Source: Octopus bimaculoides
Lineage: Eukaryota
DNA: 64,000 nt
Direction: 5' to 3'
Assembly: GCF_001194135.2 (NCBI RefSeq)
Contig: NC_069006.1
Span: 611,571 to 675,570 of the forward strand
Part shown: positions 38,331 to 51,860 of the stretch, piece by piece
Layout: each line of letters starts with the position of its first letter
Position numbering within the stretch: the first letter of the stretch is position 1
Made by a program: the position numbers and the translations under genes
The notes under the pieces: generated by a model
Seen by the model: the letters and a program-made list of their open reading frames with translations, nothing else
Database searches by the model: none
What the model was told of the DNA's origin: nothing

Positions 38331-38400
38331 GGGCGATACGAATGTGACCTGGATGTCAAAGGGGGCGGTAGCCCGAAACAGTTTGGGAACCACTACTCTA
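38331..38400 (+). mobile_element. hAT/Charlie-like MITE 3' end
   Basis: gggggcggtagcccgaaacagtttgggaaccact resembles the GTTTGGGAACCACTG terminus. Confidence 0.5.
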
Positions 38401-38642
38401 GATGAAGTTGTAATGCAATTGAACGAGCAGGACACTATTAAATGGCACATCTAAGGTTATCCATGCGTTAGAAACAAATGACAGACTGAATGTATTGTAA
38501 ATAAGTGAACGCATTGTATATAATAATGCAATATACAAGTTTTTGAGGATGTATAATTCTCCATTCTCATTTTAAAAGTATTATATATATATATATATAT
38601 ACATACATACATACATACATACATACATACATACATACATAC

Positions 38643-38681
<39 letters not shown>

Positions 38682-38690
38682 GAAAGAGAT

Positions 38691-38723
<33 letters not shown>

Positions 38724-38724
38724 A

Positions 38725-38757
<33 letters not shown>

Positions 38758-39589
38758 AAGAGAAAGAGAGAGAGACACACACACACACATATGGATAGAT
38801 ATACATACATATACACACAACTCACACAAATATGTGTGAGTGTGTGTGTATATATGCATGTACATTTAGTCACATGTATATTGAAAAACGTATATAATGT
38901 GGATGTAACTAAATATAGATGAAGTACATAGAGCAAATTATATACATATATATCTCTGTGTGTATATATACAAATATACATTTATTTACACAGACATATA
39001 TTCACACACACAAACACCCACACATACATACAATCACATTACAAAGGGTAATCAACCCACACACGGATGAGAAGCCAAATAATAATAATAACAACAGCAA
39101 CAACAACAACGGAATTGGAAGGTAGAAGAATCTGTTTGTGCGAATGTTTTTGTTTATCCATTTGGATGAGATTGTTGTTGTTGTTGTTGTCTTAATGTCG
39201 AATGGTGGAGAAGAAGTTATATACGATTCTCCTTTTGTAGGATAATGGCGATACTATGCGGAGATAACGGTTCTATCTACTGGAATTGGTACAACTCCAA
39301 GACAGTGCTTCACTCAAATACTTGCAATGAATACATAAGCACGCGCGCGCGCACACACACATACACACACACACGCACACATATACACACACACGCGTTT
39401 ACAAATATACATTTATATGTGTACATACGATGATAACGTACACAAGTAGGTATGAGTATGTATGTATATGCATACACACACATACACACACATATATGTA
39501 GGCATGCATATACATACACACACCTATATATACGCACACGCACGTGTGTGTGTGTGTGTGTGTATGTATGTACTAGAGGCTTATGACTC

Positions 39590-39745
39590 TTATCTCTTAC
39601 TTGCTTCAGTCATTAGACTGCGACCATGCTGAAGCATGCAGCCTTGAATCGACCCCAGTAATTATTTTTCTAAGTCTAGTACTTGTATCGCTTTTTTTTT
39701 TCTTTTGTTCCGTCGCTAAGTTACTTTGACATAAACAAACCAACT
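39590..39745 (-). mobile_element. SINE family C tail fragment
   Basis: tacttgcttcagtcattagactgcgaccatgctg..gtcgctaagttac. Confidence 0.75.
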
Positions 39746-39779
39746 GAGGGTTCTTCCATTTCGGTGCCTTTTGTTTCAA

Positions 39780-40110
39780 CTAAAGGCCCGGCACCTGGAA
39801 TTTGGAAAGCGGGATAGTCGATTATATAAATTCCAGTACTTGACTGGTACTTTATTTTATCGACCCGAAAGGATATGAGACAAATTTGACCTGGGCGGGA
39901 TTTGAACTAAGAACTGGAAGAAATGTCGCTAAGCATTTTGTTCGGCACGCTACCGATCCTGCTATTTCGTTACCTTATACAATAATAGTCAATAATGTTT
40001 TTTCTACGATAGGCTTATAGATTATATCGATCCCAGTACTCAACTGGCACTTCTTTTATCGACCCCGAAACAATAAAAGGCAAAGTCAACTTCGATGGGA
40101 GTTGAACTCA
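39780..40110 (-). mobile_element. Two stacked SINE family A copies (second 5'-truncated)
   Basis: ggcccggcac..gtcgattata..ttttatcgacccgaaagg..gaactaag; then atcgatcccagtactcaactggcac..ggcaaagtcaac. Confidence 0.8.
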
Positions 40111-40454
40111 GGACATAAAGAACTGGTTTAAGAGAAATTTAGCTCTTATTTCTAGCCGGTCGAGAGAACAGACTGCATACGGTCTTTCTCTTTGTCTTCC
40201 TCTCTCCCTTCTTCTTCTCTCTTTGGGTCTTCGATGCAGCGTTTCGATGAGTGCAACATCACAAATATGTTGACTATCCAGAGTGGAGTTTACAGACATT
40301 TCACATTATTAACAAACATTAAAAAAAATATGAACATTTTAGGAACAAATTTAGTTTTATTAGCGATACCGAAATTAATAAATGACCAATTAGATATCAC
40401 ATCACATGTCATCAGTCACGTGTGAAATTACTTCCGGAGTTTTTAGATCTCTTA

Positions 40455-40640
40455 ATATTGCTTTCTACTCCAGGCACAAGGCGCGAAATTCTTGGGCAGA
40501 GGGCCAGTCGATTAAGTCGACCTCAGCACGCAAGTGGTACTTAATTTATTGACCACGAAAGGATGAAAGGCAACGTCGATCTCGGCAGAATTTGAACTCA
40601 GAACGTAAAGACAGACGAAATACCGCTAAGCATTTCACTC
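40455..40640 (-). mobile_element. SINE family A copy
   Basis: ctttctactccaggcacaaggc..ggatgaaaggcaacgtcgatctcggcagaatttgaactcagaacgtaaagacagacgaaataccgctaagc. Confidence 0.9.
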
Positions 40641-40667
40641 GGAGATCTCTTAATATGGATAATACAC

Positions 40668-40870
40668 GTAAAGCGGTGAGCTGGTAGAATCGTTAGCACG
40701 CTGGGAAAAGTGCTTAGTAGCATTTCGTCCGTCGTTACGTTTTGAGTTCAAGGTTCGACTTTGCCTTTCATCATTTCGGAGTCGACAAAAATAAGTACAA
40801 GTTGAGCACTACGATCGATATCCCTCCCTACCAAAACTGCTGGGTTTGTGCCAAAATTTGAAACTAATAT
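40668..40870 (+). mobile_element. SINE family A copy, inverted relative to the previous copy
   Basis: aagcggtgagctggtagaatcgttagcacg..gtgccaaaatttgaaactaatatt. Confidence 0.85.
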
Positions 40871-41030
40871 TACTTTAAACGTAAATACATTCGAACAAGT
40901 TGGTCAGATTCGATTTAATTTCCAAAAGACAAGCTAAAGATTATCGGTGATGCGCCAAAGTGTCGCCATATGAAAATTTGGAAACTTCAACTACGCTAGA
41001 CTTGGCCTCTCGGCAGTGGATTCTCAGTAC

Positions 41031-41124
41031 CTTGATGGAGCACCATAAACCGTAAAATGCTTGTCATGGGCAGTTTTAGACCTGGCATGGCCAATTTCGC
41101 TCTTGGCCAGACCTCAGTCGATTC
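41031..41124 (-). CDS. Candidate exon (94 nt, phase 0 to 1) containing a possible start codon (41088)
   Basis: Pyrimidine-rich acceptor ccctttctccgttccttgaag|G, donor AG|gtactg; frame ESTEVWPRAKLAMPGLKLPMTSILRFMVLHQ. Confidence 0.25.
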
Positions 41125-41358
41125 CTTCAAGGAACGGAGAAAGGGATAGACAGACGAATATACATGTATGTATAAATGAATATCCGGTGGGTGATTCTGT
41201 ATACAATGTGTGCATAAGCAATGTCAAAATATATCAATACACTTGACATATCCTGATATATTCAAGTAAAGTTTCCTGTATGTACGCACACACACATTTA
41301 CATATTAGATGTGTTCATGTCTGCGAACATACATATATATATATACATACATACATAT

Positions 41359-41408
<50 letters not shown>

Positions 41409-41984
41409 NNNNNNNNNNNNNNNNNNNNNNNNNNNNNNNNNNNNNNNNNNNNNNNNNNNNNNNNNNNNNNNNNNNNNNNNNNNNNNNNNNNNNNNNNNNN
41501 NNNNNNNNNNNNNNNNNNNNNNNNNNNNNNNNNNNNNNNNNNNNNNNNNNNNNNNNNATGCACGCACATTCGAACAAGTGTCATCCAGTTTTTCAGAGAC
41601 GTTTTCGACACAAAACCGAAAGGAAAACACAGCAGAACCACAACAGCCGCAGCAGGAGCAGCAACAACAGGCGACGACCAGCACAACAACTACACCAGCA
41701 GCAACAGTAACTGCAACAAGAACAACAACAGCTGCATTGTTTCTTAAAATTCTATTTATTTATTTTGCCAGTCGTCGTCGTCGTCGTCGTCTGTGAATTG
41801 CTCCATTGAGAAAACAACATCGCGTATTTTTACAATGTTCTCCGTTGCACGGAACTGCCAGTTGAGGCTCACGAGACCGCAATGACGCCACTGAAATATA
41901 TCCATCTTCTACTTTTGTTGTTGTCGCGTTGATGTCATCGTTATTGTTGTTGTGAATGTTGCTGTTGTTGATATTTTTGCCGTT

Positions 41985-42258
41985 GTGAATGTCCAGCGCT
42001 ATACCGAACTACTGCGACTGCGCGCGAGTTTATTGTCGAAATTAGGTTTCCGGCATTCAGCTTTGAAGCCAATATTTTTCTCACTCGCCGCGGGTCCTCT
42101 CTTTTTGTCTTTTCCTTCGTGTCGCGGTGTTTGATTCCATCTGCATCAAGTATTCTCAGGTATTTATAGCTGGATCGAGGTTGAATTGCCTTCATCATTT
42201 CGCCACTTGGCAACCACATACCTTCTGTCCTGGCAAGCTTTCCTCGTTTCATCACCAT
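41985..42258 (-). mobile_element. R4/Dong-type reverse-transcriptase fragment
   Basis: VMKRGKLARTEGMWLPSGEMMKAI..SYKYLRILDADGIKH..RRVRKILASKLNAGNLISTINSRAVAVVRYSAG matches the YKYLGI..KLN..N..AIN..AV..RY region of RLE-class RTs. Confidence 0.85.
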
Positions 42259-42314
42259 CGTAGCACATTTTGGGAGTCCGCGGATTTTATTCCATTATTA
42301 TTATTATTATTATT

Positions 42315-42510
42315 ATTAAGGCGGCGAGCTGAAAGAATCGTTAGCACGCCGGACAAAATGTTTCGCAGCATTTCGTCTGTCATTACGTTCTTAGTCCAAA
42401 TACCGCCGAGGCCGACGTTGCCTATCATCCTTTCGGAGCACCGGGATCGATGTAATCGACTTATCTCCTCTGAAACTGTTGGCCTTATGCCAAAATTTAA
42501 AACCATCAAT
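42315..42510 (+). mobile_element. SINE family A copy inserted at a (TTA)n tract
   Basis: (tta)n|aaggcggcgagctgaaagaatcgttagcacgccgg..ggccttatgccaaaatttaaaacc. Confidence 0.9.
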
Positions 42511-42559
42511 ATTTTTAGTATTGATAGTGTGCACGAATGTTTTACTTTCCGAATCAATG

Positions 42560-42730
42560 TCCTTGATACCAGGTTACAACCAGGTTCCTTAGATATCGAG
42601 GACCTTTCTTAGAATCCTTGTTATTCCCAACAGAGCAAATTCACACCATTCTCAATAAGGGCATTATTAAGTCTGTTGATGACAGTACCTAGCTTACTTA
42701 TAAAAACTGGAATTACTTTTGCAGGAGCCC
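42560..42730 (-). mobile_element. 3' end of a second RLE-type non-LTR element
   Basis: Minus frame KVIPVFISKLGTV...LGITRILRKVLDI-stop resembles the VIPVIIGALG..LGTARILRKVL C-terminus. Confidence 0.6.
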
Positions 42731-43264
42731 TCCCCAGTCTTTTATTATTGTTGAGTGAGAGAGCAGCACATGTCATCAAAGTGACACTGGGTTACAAATA
42801 TCTGAAGCCCAATATAGTCATCAAGGCTACTCGTCTGATAAGGATGCACCAAGTACATGCATCACCCATGTGAGGGTCCAATTAAAATAGTCGAGTGGCC
42901 CATCCCACTCAAAATGTCCCTGAATAAGGTTTAAGACTGAAGAACGAAACATCCATGCTTCCAGAGGTGAACTATTCAAACCTAAAAGAATTCCTCCCAA
43001 CATAAGGCTATGATGCTCCCCCACTACTGCTTGTGACCAGAGATGCACATATCATCAGCCACCAAGGGACATGTTTAACTAGTCAAGGTCAGGCAACTGA
43101 CAAGCAAACCTGTGGTTTTGAGCAGAATATTTGTTGCTGGCCATCTTTTATACCGATACAAAGAATGTATCCAATCAGTTAAGATCAGAAGCCACGAGAG
43201 CCACTACCTATTACTGCATTGAGGATTAATACTTCTTCCTCATTATTATTATTGGCCGCAGGAA

Positions 43265-43460
43265 AATGACTGAAACAAGTAAAAGAATATACGACGGATT
43301 TCCACGCGGTTTCAGTCTACCAAATTCATTCAAAAGGTATTGATCGGCCCAAAGCTATAGTAAAAGCCACTCATCCAGGGTGCCACGCAGTGGGACTGAA
43401 CCGGTAATCATGTCGTTGTAAAGCGAGCTTCTTAACCACGCGGCCACACCCGTTCTTCAT
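43265..43460 (-). mobile_element. SINE family C head half (a short plus-strand tail fragment adjoins at 43255-43290)
   Basis: ttcagtctaccaaattcatt..gtgccacgcagtgggactgaaccgg..gcttcttaaccacgcggcc. Confidence 0.75.
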
Positions 43461-44014
43461 CATTATATATATATATATATANNNNNNNNNNNNNNNNNNN
43501 NNNNNNNNNNNNNNNNNNNNNNNNNNNNNNNNNNNNNNNNNNNNNNNNNNNNNNNNNNNNNNNNNNNNNNNNNNNNNNNNNNNNNNNNNNNNNNNNNNNN
43601 NNNNNNNNNNNNNNNNNNNNNNNNNNNNNNNNNNNNNNNNNNNNNNNNNNNNNNNNNNNNNNNNNNNNNNNNNNNNNNNNNNNNNNNNNNNNNNNNNNNN
43701 NNNNNNNNNNNNNNNTGCACGTGTATAGGTATTGCGTGAGTTCGTTGCCATAGTAGTGGTATCTCTATAAATTCTTGAACATTTTTACGAGAACAGAGAC
43801 GACATTTTCTACAAATATTCTATGAATCACGAAACTATGTAATCTTACTTTAATTTTTTTTTTCTTTTCACAATTTAAACATTAAAAAGATAAAAAACAA
43901 AAACCAACAAGGAAACACACAAATGAAAGAACGCAAAACATAATTTTCAGAGATAACATAGTAAAGCAAATTGTAATCAATGCACATACTATCACAGTAA
44001 CACAAACACACACA

Positions 44015-44052
<38 letters not shown>

Positions 44053-45366
44053 CATACATAGTTATGGGCGTGTGTGTAGGTATTAATCAACATATGCAGG
44101 TGAAAGAAGTGGAGCTTAATTCAAATAGCCTCAAGAGACATGGGGAAACTAATAGTAGCAGTGTCGAGCGGAATATGTAGCTATTAAACACACACAGAAA
44201 CGTGCATTTATGTATGCACATTCGTAAATTAATATCCATTACTTCAAGACTTTTTTTTTTCTTTTTTCCATACCGTATCATCAATATGATGCATGTTAGT
44301 AGAAGTGACTTCCCTTGATTTACAACCCTTTTCCCTTTAAAATACAACAATATACACACACACATATATACAGATCGATAAACTTATCCATACATACTTA
44401 GATATACACACACATATATATACGCATGAATTATATATATATATATATATATATACATACACACACACACGTGTGAATTATATATATATATATATATATA
44501 CANNNNNNNNNNNNNNNNNNNNNNNNNNNNNNNNNNNNNNNNNNNNNNNNNNNNNNNNNNNNNNNNNNNNNNNNNNNNNNNNNNNNNNNNNNNNNNNNNN
44601 NNNNNNNNNNNNNNNNNNNNNNNNNNNNNNNNNNNNNNNNNNNNNNNNNNNNNNNNNNNNNNNNNNNNNNNNNNNNNNNNNNNNNNNNNNNNNNNNNNNN
44701 NNNNNNNNNNNNNNNNNNNNNNNNNNNNNNNNNNNNNNNNNNNNNNNNNNNNNNNNNNNNNNNNNNNNNNNNNNNNNNNNNNNNNNNNNNNNNNNNNNNN
44801 NNNNNNNNNNNNNNNNNNNNNNNNNNNNNNNNNNNNNNNNNNNNNNNNNNNNNNNNNNNNNNNNNNNNNNNNNNNNNNNNNNNNNNNNNNNNNNNNNNNN
44901 NNNNNNNNNNNNNNNNNNNNNNNNNNNNNNNNNNNNNNNNNNNNNNNNNNNNNNNNNNNNNNNNNNNNNNNNNNNNNNNNNNNNNNNNNNNNNNNNNNNN
45001 NNNNNNNNNNNNNNNNNNNNNNNNNNNNNNNNNNNNNNNNNNNNNNNNNNNNNNNNNNNNNNNNNNNNNNNNNNNNNNNNNNNNNNNNNNNNNNNNNNNN
45101 NNNNNNNNNNNNNNNNNNNNNNNNNNNNNNNNNNNNNNNNNNNNNNNNNNNNNNNNNNNNNNNNNNNNNNNNNNNNNNNNNNNNNNNNNNNNNNNNNNNN
45201 NNNNNNNNNNNNNNNNNNNNNNNNNNNNNNNNNNNNNNNNNNNNNNNNNNNNNNNNNNNNNNNNNNNNNNNNNNNNNNNNNNNNNNNNNNNNNNNNNNNN
45301 NNNNATATATATATATATACACACACACGCGTAGATATATATATATATATACACACACACGCGTAG

Positions 45367-45397
<31 letters not shown>

Positions 45398-45798
45398 TTA
45401 TATATACACACACACACACTATATATATTTATATATATATATATATATATATAGTGTCTGCGTGTGTGAAGCCAATATGTGATGCTTCTTATAGTTTCAC
45501 AAGTGCTATAGGATAGAAATGAACTAATATTTTAGTAAATTTTTGAGTTGCTTCTATTTACTTTGAAGAATATTAGATTTGAATATGAAGAAAAACGAAA
45601 TGAAAAGAAGCCACAAAATGGTAATCTGTATATAAATACATACATGTAAATGTGTGTATGTGCGTGAGCATGTGTGTATGTATGTATCTATCTGTCTGTC
45701 TATCTATGTGAGCGTGCGTAAATTATATACACATATATAAATATATATACACACAAATATATATATATATATATACATAGAGAGAGAGAGAGAGGCAT

Positions 45799-45870
<72 letters not shown>

Positions 45871-46281
45871 GCAGATACATTCAGATACATCAACACACAC
45901 TAATTTCAACACACGTACAGACATATATATATATATATACACACACCCCACACACACACCGAAAGAAAAATAAAGTAACGAAAGCTAGATATGATACTAC
46001 AGGGTTTAAAAGAATCCTTACATCTTAACAGTAAAAATAATGAATAACAAGCAAAGAGTTTTTCTCTCCCCCCCCCCTCTCTCCTCTCATTGCATTTCGG
46101 AAGAGAATAATAATAATAATAATAATAATCTACGTTTTATATGAATAAACACAATTTCCTTGTATATTCTTCAAATAAACATATTGCGTATATATTTGAA
46201 TACGAAGTCAAACACAGAGGCACGCGATCGCAGGAATTAAAATGTGTATTTTGTTAAATGGGTTCTTACAAACATCAACGT

Positions 46282-46342
<61 letters not shown>

Positions 46343-46493
46343 TATATTCGTTGATACATGCAGATATGTATCGCGTATGTGTAGAGTTTATACGTATCTG
46401 TAAATTTATATATATCTATAAATATCTCCATCCATAAATCTCTCTCTCTCTATATATATATATATGTATACATACATAGTGATNNNNNNNNNN

Positions 46494-46528
<35 letters not shown>

Positions 46529-46992
46529 CATACATACATACACGCATATTACACCTACATACATACAGTGTATATATTTCTACGTGTGTTATATATATAC
46601 AGACACAGAGAGAGTTAGATGTATATGGTTATATGTACGGGTCTGGGAGGTGTATATATTACACATGCATATAATTATAAATATGAAGGAACATATGTGA
46701 GATTAGCATAAATGAACTCACAATAAAAAAAAAAACACTCATACAAACACACACGCGCATATGTAAGTATCTTTAGAAATACATTTGTGTTTTTAATTTA
46801 TATATGAATAAACATTTTGCTGATACTCATAAAATATTCTGTAATATATATTAAAAATGTTTCACGCTTACACATCCGTCTTACACACACGTCTTACACA
46901 CACACACGCCTACAGAAGCACAGATACACACACATTTATTTAAAAAGGCAGATGTATATTATACATACACAATTATTTACTTACATGGATGG

Positions 46993-47070
<78 letters not shown>

Positions 47071-47260
47071 ATATACACACACACATGTATACATGTATGT
47101 TTGACATAAAATGTAACATTAATATCGTTACCTATATCACCGTATGGCCCACATGTAGTTTAATATAAAAACCATCTAATGTTCCTATGGTAACCGTTTT
47201 ACATATGAATCTATTTTCTCCTCCTCAAACCCTGCGTGGGAGAGCCTGTATTTATATATG

Positions 47261-47299
<39 letters not shown>

Positions 47300-48289
47300 C
47301 ATACATACATGTAGCAAATAAAGTAAACCGCAAACGCAGAATAGCCGTAAAAACAGCTTTAAAAAAATCGAGTAAATATCCTTAGTAAATGGGGAAAAAG
47401 TGGCCGAAGAGCCGTTACAGGGAATCGAACTTTGTACCTACAGACAAACACTCCAGTTCCACACATTGCAATATCTGTACAGTGTATCGTTCCGCTACAA
47501 CTAGGAAAATAGCAGTGGCGTATTTTCCATCGTCTACACAGTAACTTCCTTTAAAACTCGTACCCGTTGGAACAGGAACAGAATTGTTTGGTCGTTGTTT
47601 TTAAGTGTAAAATAATCAGCGTTTGTCTGGTGTAGTTATAGGTCAGAGCAACCTCCAATCATTACCTTTCAAAAATACTGCAGTTCATGTTTGTCTGAGA
47701 AATATAATATCCTAAAACCTAGGAGCTTCAAAAATGAAGTCAAAATTTTGGAGAGAAGAACCACAACTGAAGAGCAAAAATAAGGAAACAAAGGAATGAA
47801 GGAATTAGGAAAAGGAAGAAGAAGTGTTGTGGGAGTGGGGAGGAAGGGAAAGAAAGGAAGAGAAAGAGAGGAAGATAGGTTAGGAAAACCTAGATATGCA
47901 GAAGGTACAGAAAGCAACAACAACAACAATAAAGAAAAAGACAAAAAAGAAAAAAGAAAAAGACAAAGAAGAAAAAGACAAAGAAGACGAAGAAGAAGAA
48001 GAAAGGCGGGGGTTATAGTGCCAAGACATGCATAGTTTGAAGGTTCAAATCTAAAAATGGATCTTATATACGTAAGAAATGCATTTGAGATACGCATGAG
48101 TGACCGAGTGCAGTCATATGGAAACGTGGAGCCTTGTTAGAAATGGGTTGGGATATTGAACAGATATAAAAATGACTTTTTCGAAAGATTTAAATCATTC
48201 GTTTGTAAAATTACAAGAGGTGAACTATGCAAAGGGAGGCAACTATAATGAAAAAGGTGTAAAGAAATATGAAATCTGTAATACCGTAT

Positions 48290-48510
48290 AATATTTGCTT
48301 CACATTTTGGTACGAGGCCAGCAAGTTCGGGACGGAGTATAAACAATTACATCGACCCCAGTGTTCAACTGGTATTTATTTTATCGATCCAGAACGATGA
48401 AAGGCAAAGCTGACTTCGAAGGAATTTGAACGCAGGTAGTAAAGACGGTCGAAATGTTGCTAAACATGTTGCTCAACATGCTAAACGATTCTACCAGCTC
48501 ACCACTTTAT
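48290..48510 (-). mobile_element. SINE family A copy
   Basis: tttggtacgaggccagcaag..acatcgaccccagtgttcaactgg..gatgaaaggcaaagc..cgattctaccagctcacc. Confidence 0.85.
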
Positions 48511-48514
48511 CATA

Positions 48515-48890
48515 AACAGAGGTCAAACTTCAAACTCTGCCCAAGTTGACTTTGCCCTTCATCCTGTCGAGATCGATAAAATGAGTAGAAGTTGAACACT
48601 GGAGTTGATATAATCGACTAGTCCCCTCCCCACAAAATTTCAGGCCTTGTGCCTATAGTAGAAAGGATTATCATTATTAAGGCGGTAAGGTGGCAAAATC
48701 GTTAGCACGCCGGACAAAATGCTTTGCGGCATTTCGTCTGTCTTTACGTTCCGAGTTCAAATTCCACTGAGTTTGACTTTGCCTTTCATCCTTTCGGGGT
48801 CAATAAAATAAGTACTTGTCATGTACTGCTACCAATGCAATCGACTTGCCCCCTCCCACAAAGATTTAAGCCTTGTGCCTATGGCAGAAA
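48515..48890 (+). mobile_element. Two head-to-tail SINE family A copies (48515-48670 truncated; 48679-48890)
   Basis: ..gtgcctatagtagaaaggattatcattatt|aaggcggtaaggtggcaaaatcgttagcacgccgg..gtgcctatggcagaaagg. Confidence 0.9.
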
Positions 48891-48894
48891 GGAC

Positions 48895-49570
48895 TCACGG
48901 AAGCGGGACTGTATGACACAAGTGCAGATCGACGAAACCGTTCTGCTTGCACTTGTGGAGTTAAGTCAAGCAGCTGTTATCGCGTGGGAGACGAATCCGA
49001 CTATCGGTCGAACCCACTGTGAAGATCGCCCCATGACCCACCTTTAACTGGACGGGGTAGGCGATTTTCCTCTGTCTAATGGCTATGGCGAAAGAGGCTG
49101 TGTGGTGGACAAGGAAGAAAGACACCTTCCTCTTCGGTCAAGCCTGCATTGACCTTTTAGAAGTTCCACTTAGAAAGGAAAGTGAGGGTGGAGATAGAAG
49201 TGCTACGGACCAGTGAATTTGTGAAAAGATGAGCGAGTGTCGCAAAAATGGTTAGGGTGGAAAGTATGCGTCAATAGATTGGTGAGTAGGAGAGAGGACT
49301 CGTACTTTTTGTGGTCAGGGTAATCTTGGGAATGTGGGGTTCCTTAATTGACGCTGTTTGGAGTTTCTTTTGTATCAAGGGGCCTGCATCATTCATGCTA
49401 TCACATACTTTTGTATACAGTGTATAATTTTATCGTATTTCATTGTCTTTTCCATTTCTTTCTCCCCAGCCTTTTATGTAAATTCTCACCCAAATCGTTG
49501 TCTGTCCATGTGATGCTCCCCCCCCCCACTACCATGCTCCTGTGGCTGATAGAAGAAATCATTACTATTA
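48895..49570 (+). mobile_element. Tx1/L1-like LINE 3' end (ORF2 C-terminus plus 3' UTR)
   Basis: FLCLMAMAKEAVWWTRKK..LERKVRVEIEVLRTSEFVKR*ASVAKMVR, then a UTR ending ctgatagaagaaat and (TAT)-like repeats. Confidence 0.6.
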
Positions 49571-50018
49571 CTGTTGTTGTTGTTGTTGTTATTATTAATA
49601 ATAATTTGTTAGTATGTCTTTGTTATCGCAAATATAATTAATAGTTTTGAAATATATTTGGCGGGGCAGTTGAGTTGGTGCGGAATGCCAACAAATTGAA
49701 AGAATAAGGATCAGATCGAGAGAACAAAAGAGGGATCATGGGATCATGTGACTGGAAAGAAAAGTTATGGGAAGAGGGGCTATGGAGGGGGGGAGGTTGT
49801 GTTTCGAGGAGGAAGGTGAAGGTCAGGGGTTTACATTTTAAGTAGTTGTGTGATTTTGTTATTATTGTTCTTGTTATTACGACTGTGTGACAANNNNNNN
49901 NNNCATGCGAATGAGTCGGTGCTTACTGGGGTTTTCGCAGTTTTACGCTTGTGTTGTTTCTGATGATGATGATGATGATGTCATTATGATAATTTTATGA
50001 CATTATTCTGGATCTTGT

Positions 50019-50072
<54 letters not shown>

Positions 50073-50654
50073 CATTTGTAGAAAGAATATTAATATTTAG
50101 GTCAGAATCATTTCTGATAACAAAGGCAGACATCATTCTAATGTCACACACACATACGATTGTGTCCTTGTGTACGCACACATTGGAAAATCTTCCAGGG
50201 TTGCCGTCTGCATAAAGAACCTGCAGCCATGTGCGAGCTGACAATTTTAATACAGTGAAACCGACCCCTCTACCAACACAACAACAACAACACTAACATT
50301 TTTAATTCATTAAAATTCCACGCACCATGAAAATAAAATCGCTCTGTGTGTGCAATCATTCAGGCGACTAAGATTAAAAGATTAAACATAAAAAGATTAA
50401 TCATCATTTAGTCATAAGTGGTGGTCGTGATAGAGGTAGTATTGGTCATGGTGGCGGTTTTGCCGGTTCAAGTTTCAACCAGAGCTTACTTTCTTACTTT
50501 GCAGTCGACCCCCACCTCTCTCTGACATATATAATTAAGATTATTTTTCTGTTTTCTATTTTTTCTTTTTCTTCAAAATTCATCAAAATTAATCTAATTA
50601 TTAAATTAAGAATTTTTACAGAATTTCTTTTAAAAATAAAAATAGAAAACTATT

Positions 50655-51095
50655 AATATTGTCTGCGACGAGCTGCCAGAATAGTTAATGCGTCGAACAA
50701 TATGCTTAATGACATTTCGTCAGACACTTTACGTTCTGAGTTCAAATTCCACCGTAGTCGACTTTCATCCCTTTAGGGTCAATAAAATAAGTGGAACTTG
50801 AGCATTGGGATCGATGTAATCTACTAACCTTTCCCATCAAAATTTCAGGCCTTGTTTCTGTATTAGACAGATTATAATAATCTGCAACGAGCTGACAAAA
50901 TGCTTAGCGGCATTTATTCCAGTTAATACTCTAAGTTCAAACTCTGTCGGGGTAGACTTTGCTTCTCATCCGTTCGGGGGTTGAGTGCTGTGGTCAATAA
51001 AATGAGTATCAGTTGAGCACTGGGGTCGATGTAATCGATTATTCACATTTCCTCAAACTTGCTGGCCTTGTGCCAAACTTAGAAAGACTTATCTG
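50655..51095 (+). mobile_element. Two head-to-tail SINE family A copies
   Basis: gcgacgagctgccagaatagtt..caggccttg..attataataa then gcaacgagctgacaaaatgcttagcgg..ggccttgtgccaaacttagaa. Confidence 0.85.
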
Positions 51096-51234
51096 TGAGT
51101 AAGACCTTCATGATTCTATGTATATACTTTGATGGCTGAACAATTTATTTTTACAAAAATATCATCTATGATTTCACCAAAAAATAAAGATATTCAGTTC
51201 CTGTTTCGGTTACCTTTTGAAAACTTCCTAAATA

Positions 51235-51495
51235 TTAGGTTGGTGCATAATTATTGAAACATTTTATCATCTGCGCTAGCTCTTATGTCTTGTCTCTCTA
51301 ACAACGTATTTTAACAAAAACATCTTTAAATGATTATTCCGACCGGCTGCCAAGCAAATGGGAAGCAGTAATTGAAGTAGATGGTGAATATGCTCCGGAA
51401 TAATCATTTATAAAGATGTCTTTGTTAAATGTTGTTATTTGTTGAATAAAATTTATTGAAAAAAAAGCCGCAATAATTATGCAAACAGCCGAATG
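51235..51495 (+). mobile_element. Hsmar1/MADE1-like mariner MITE (internal deletion derivative, ~260 bp)
   Basis: TA|TTAGGTTGGTGCATAATTATTG left TIR; right ccgcaataattatgcaaacagccgaat; retains the transposase C-terminus DRLPSKWEAVIEVDGEYAPE-stop. Confidence 0.8.
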
Positions 51496-51714
51496 TTATT
51501 CAGAATTTTGTAGGTAAATATAAAGGGCCAGCTGTCGCACGTAAAACGAGTGTGGCTTGGCAATATGCATCAGAGTTTTCGTTAACTCTTTTAGATGCCT
51601 ATGAGTCACAAGCAAGCAAGCAGAGAGAAGGAGAGAGAAAAGGAGAGAGAGTGAGAGACAGACTGACAGACAGCGGGGAGCTGCCATGGCGCTGTCTATT
51701 CCTGTCTGTCTATC

Positions 51715-51860
51715 TCGGCTGGTTCACATTTTTAGCTGAGTAGACTGGAGCAATATGAAATCAAGTGTCTTATTGAAGGACACAACACGACATCTGGGTA
51801 GGATTTGAACCCACAGTTTTACGATCCTGAGCCGAATACCCTAATTGCCGAGCTGTGCAT
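51715..51860 (-). mobile_element. SINE family B fragment
   Basis: ttagctgagtagactggagcaatatgaaatcaagtgtctt..ggacacaac..gatttgaaccc..gccgaataccctaa. Confidence 0.75.

Noticed and set aside
42840-43215. Non-simple sequence that looks like a common octopus interspersed repeat
   Set aside because: It has no second copy or diagnostic motif in this window; the impression rests on recall alone.
47796-48035. Lys/Arg-rich ORF resembling a protamine or NLS-rich protein
   Set aside because: It is the translation of purine-rich (GAA/AAAG)n low-complexity DNA.
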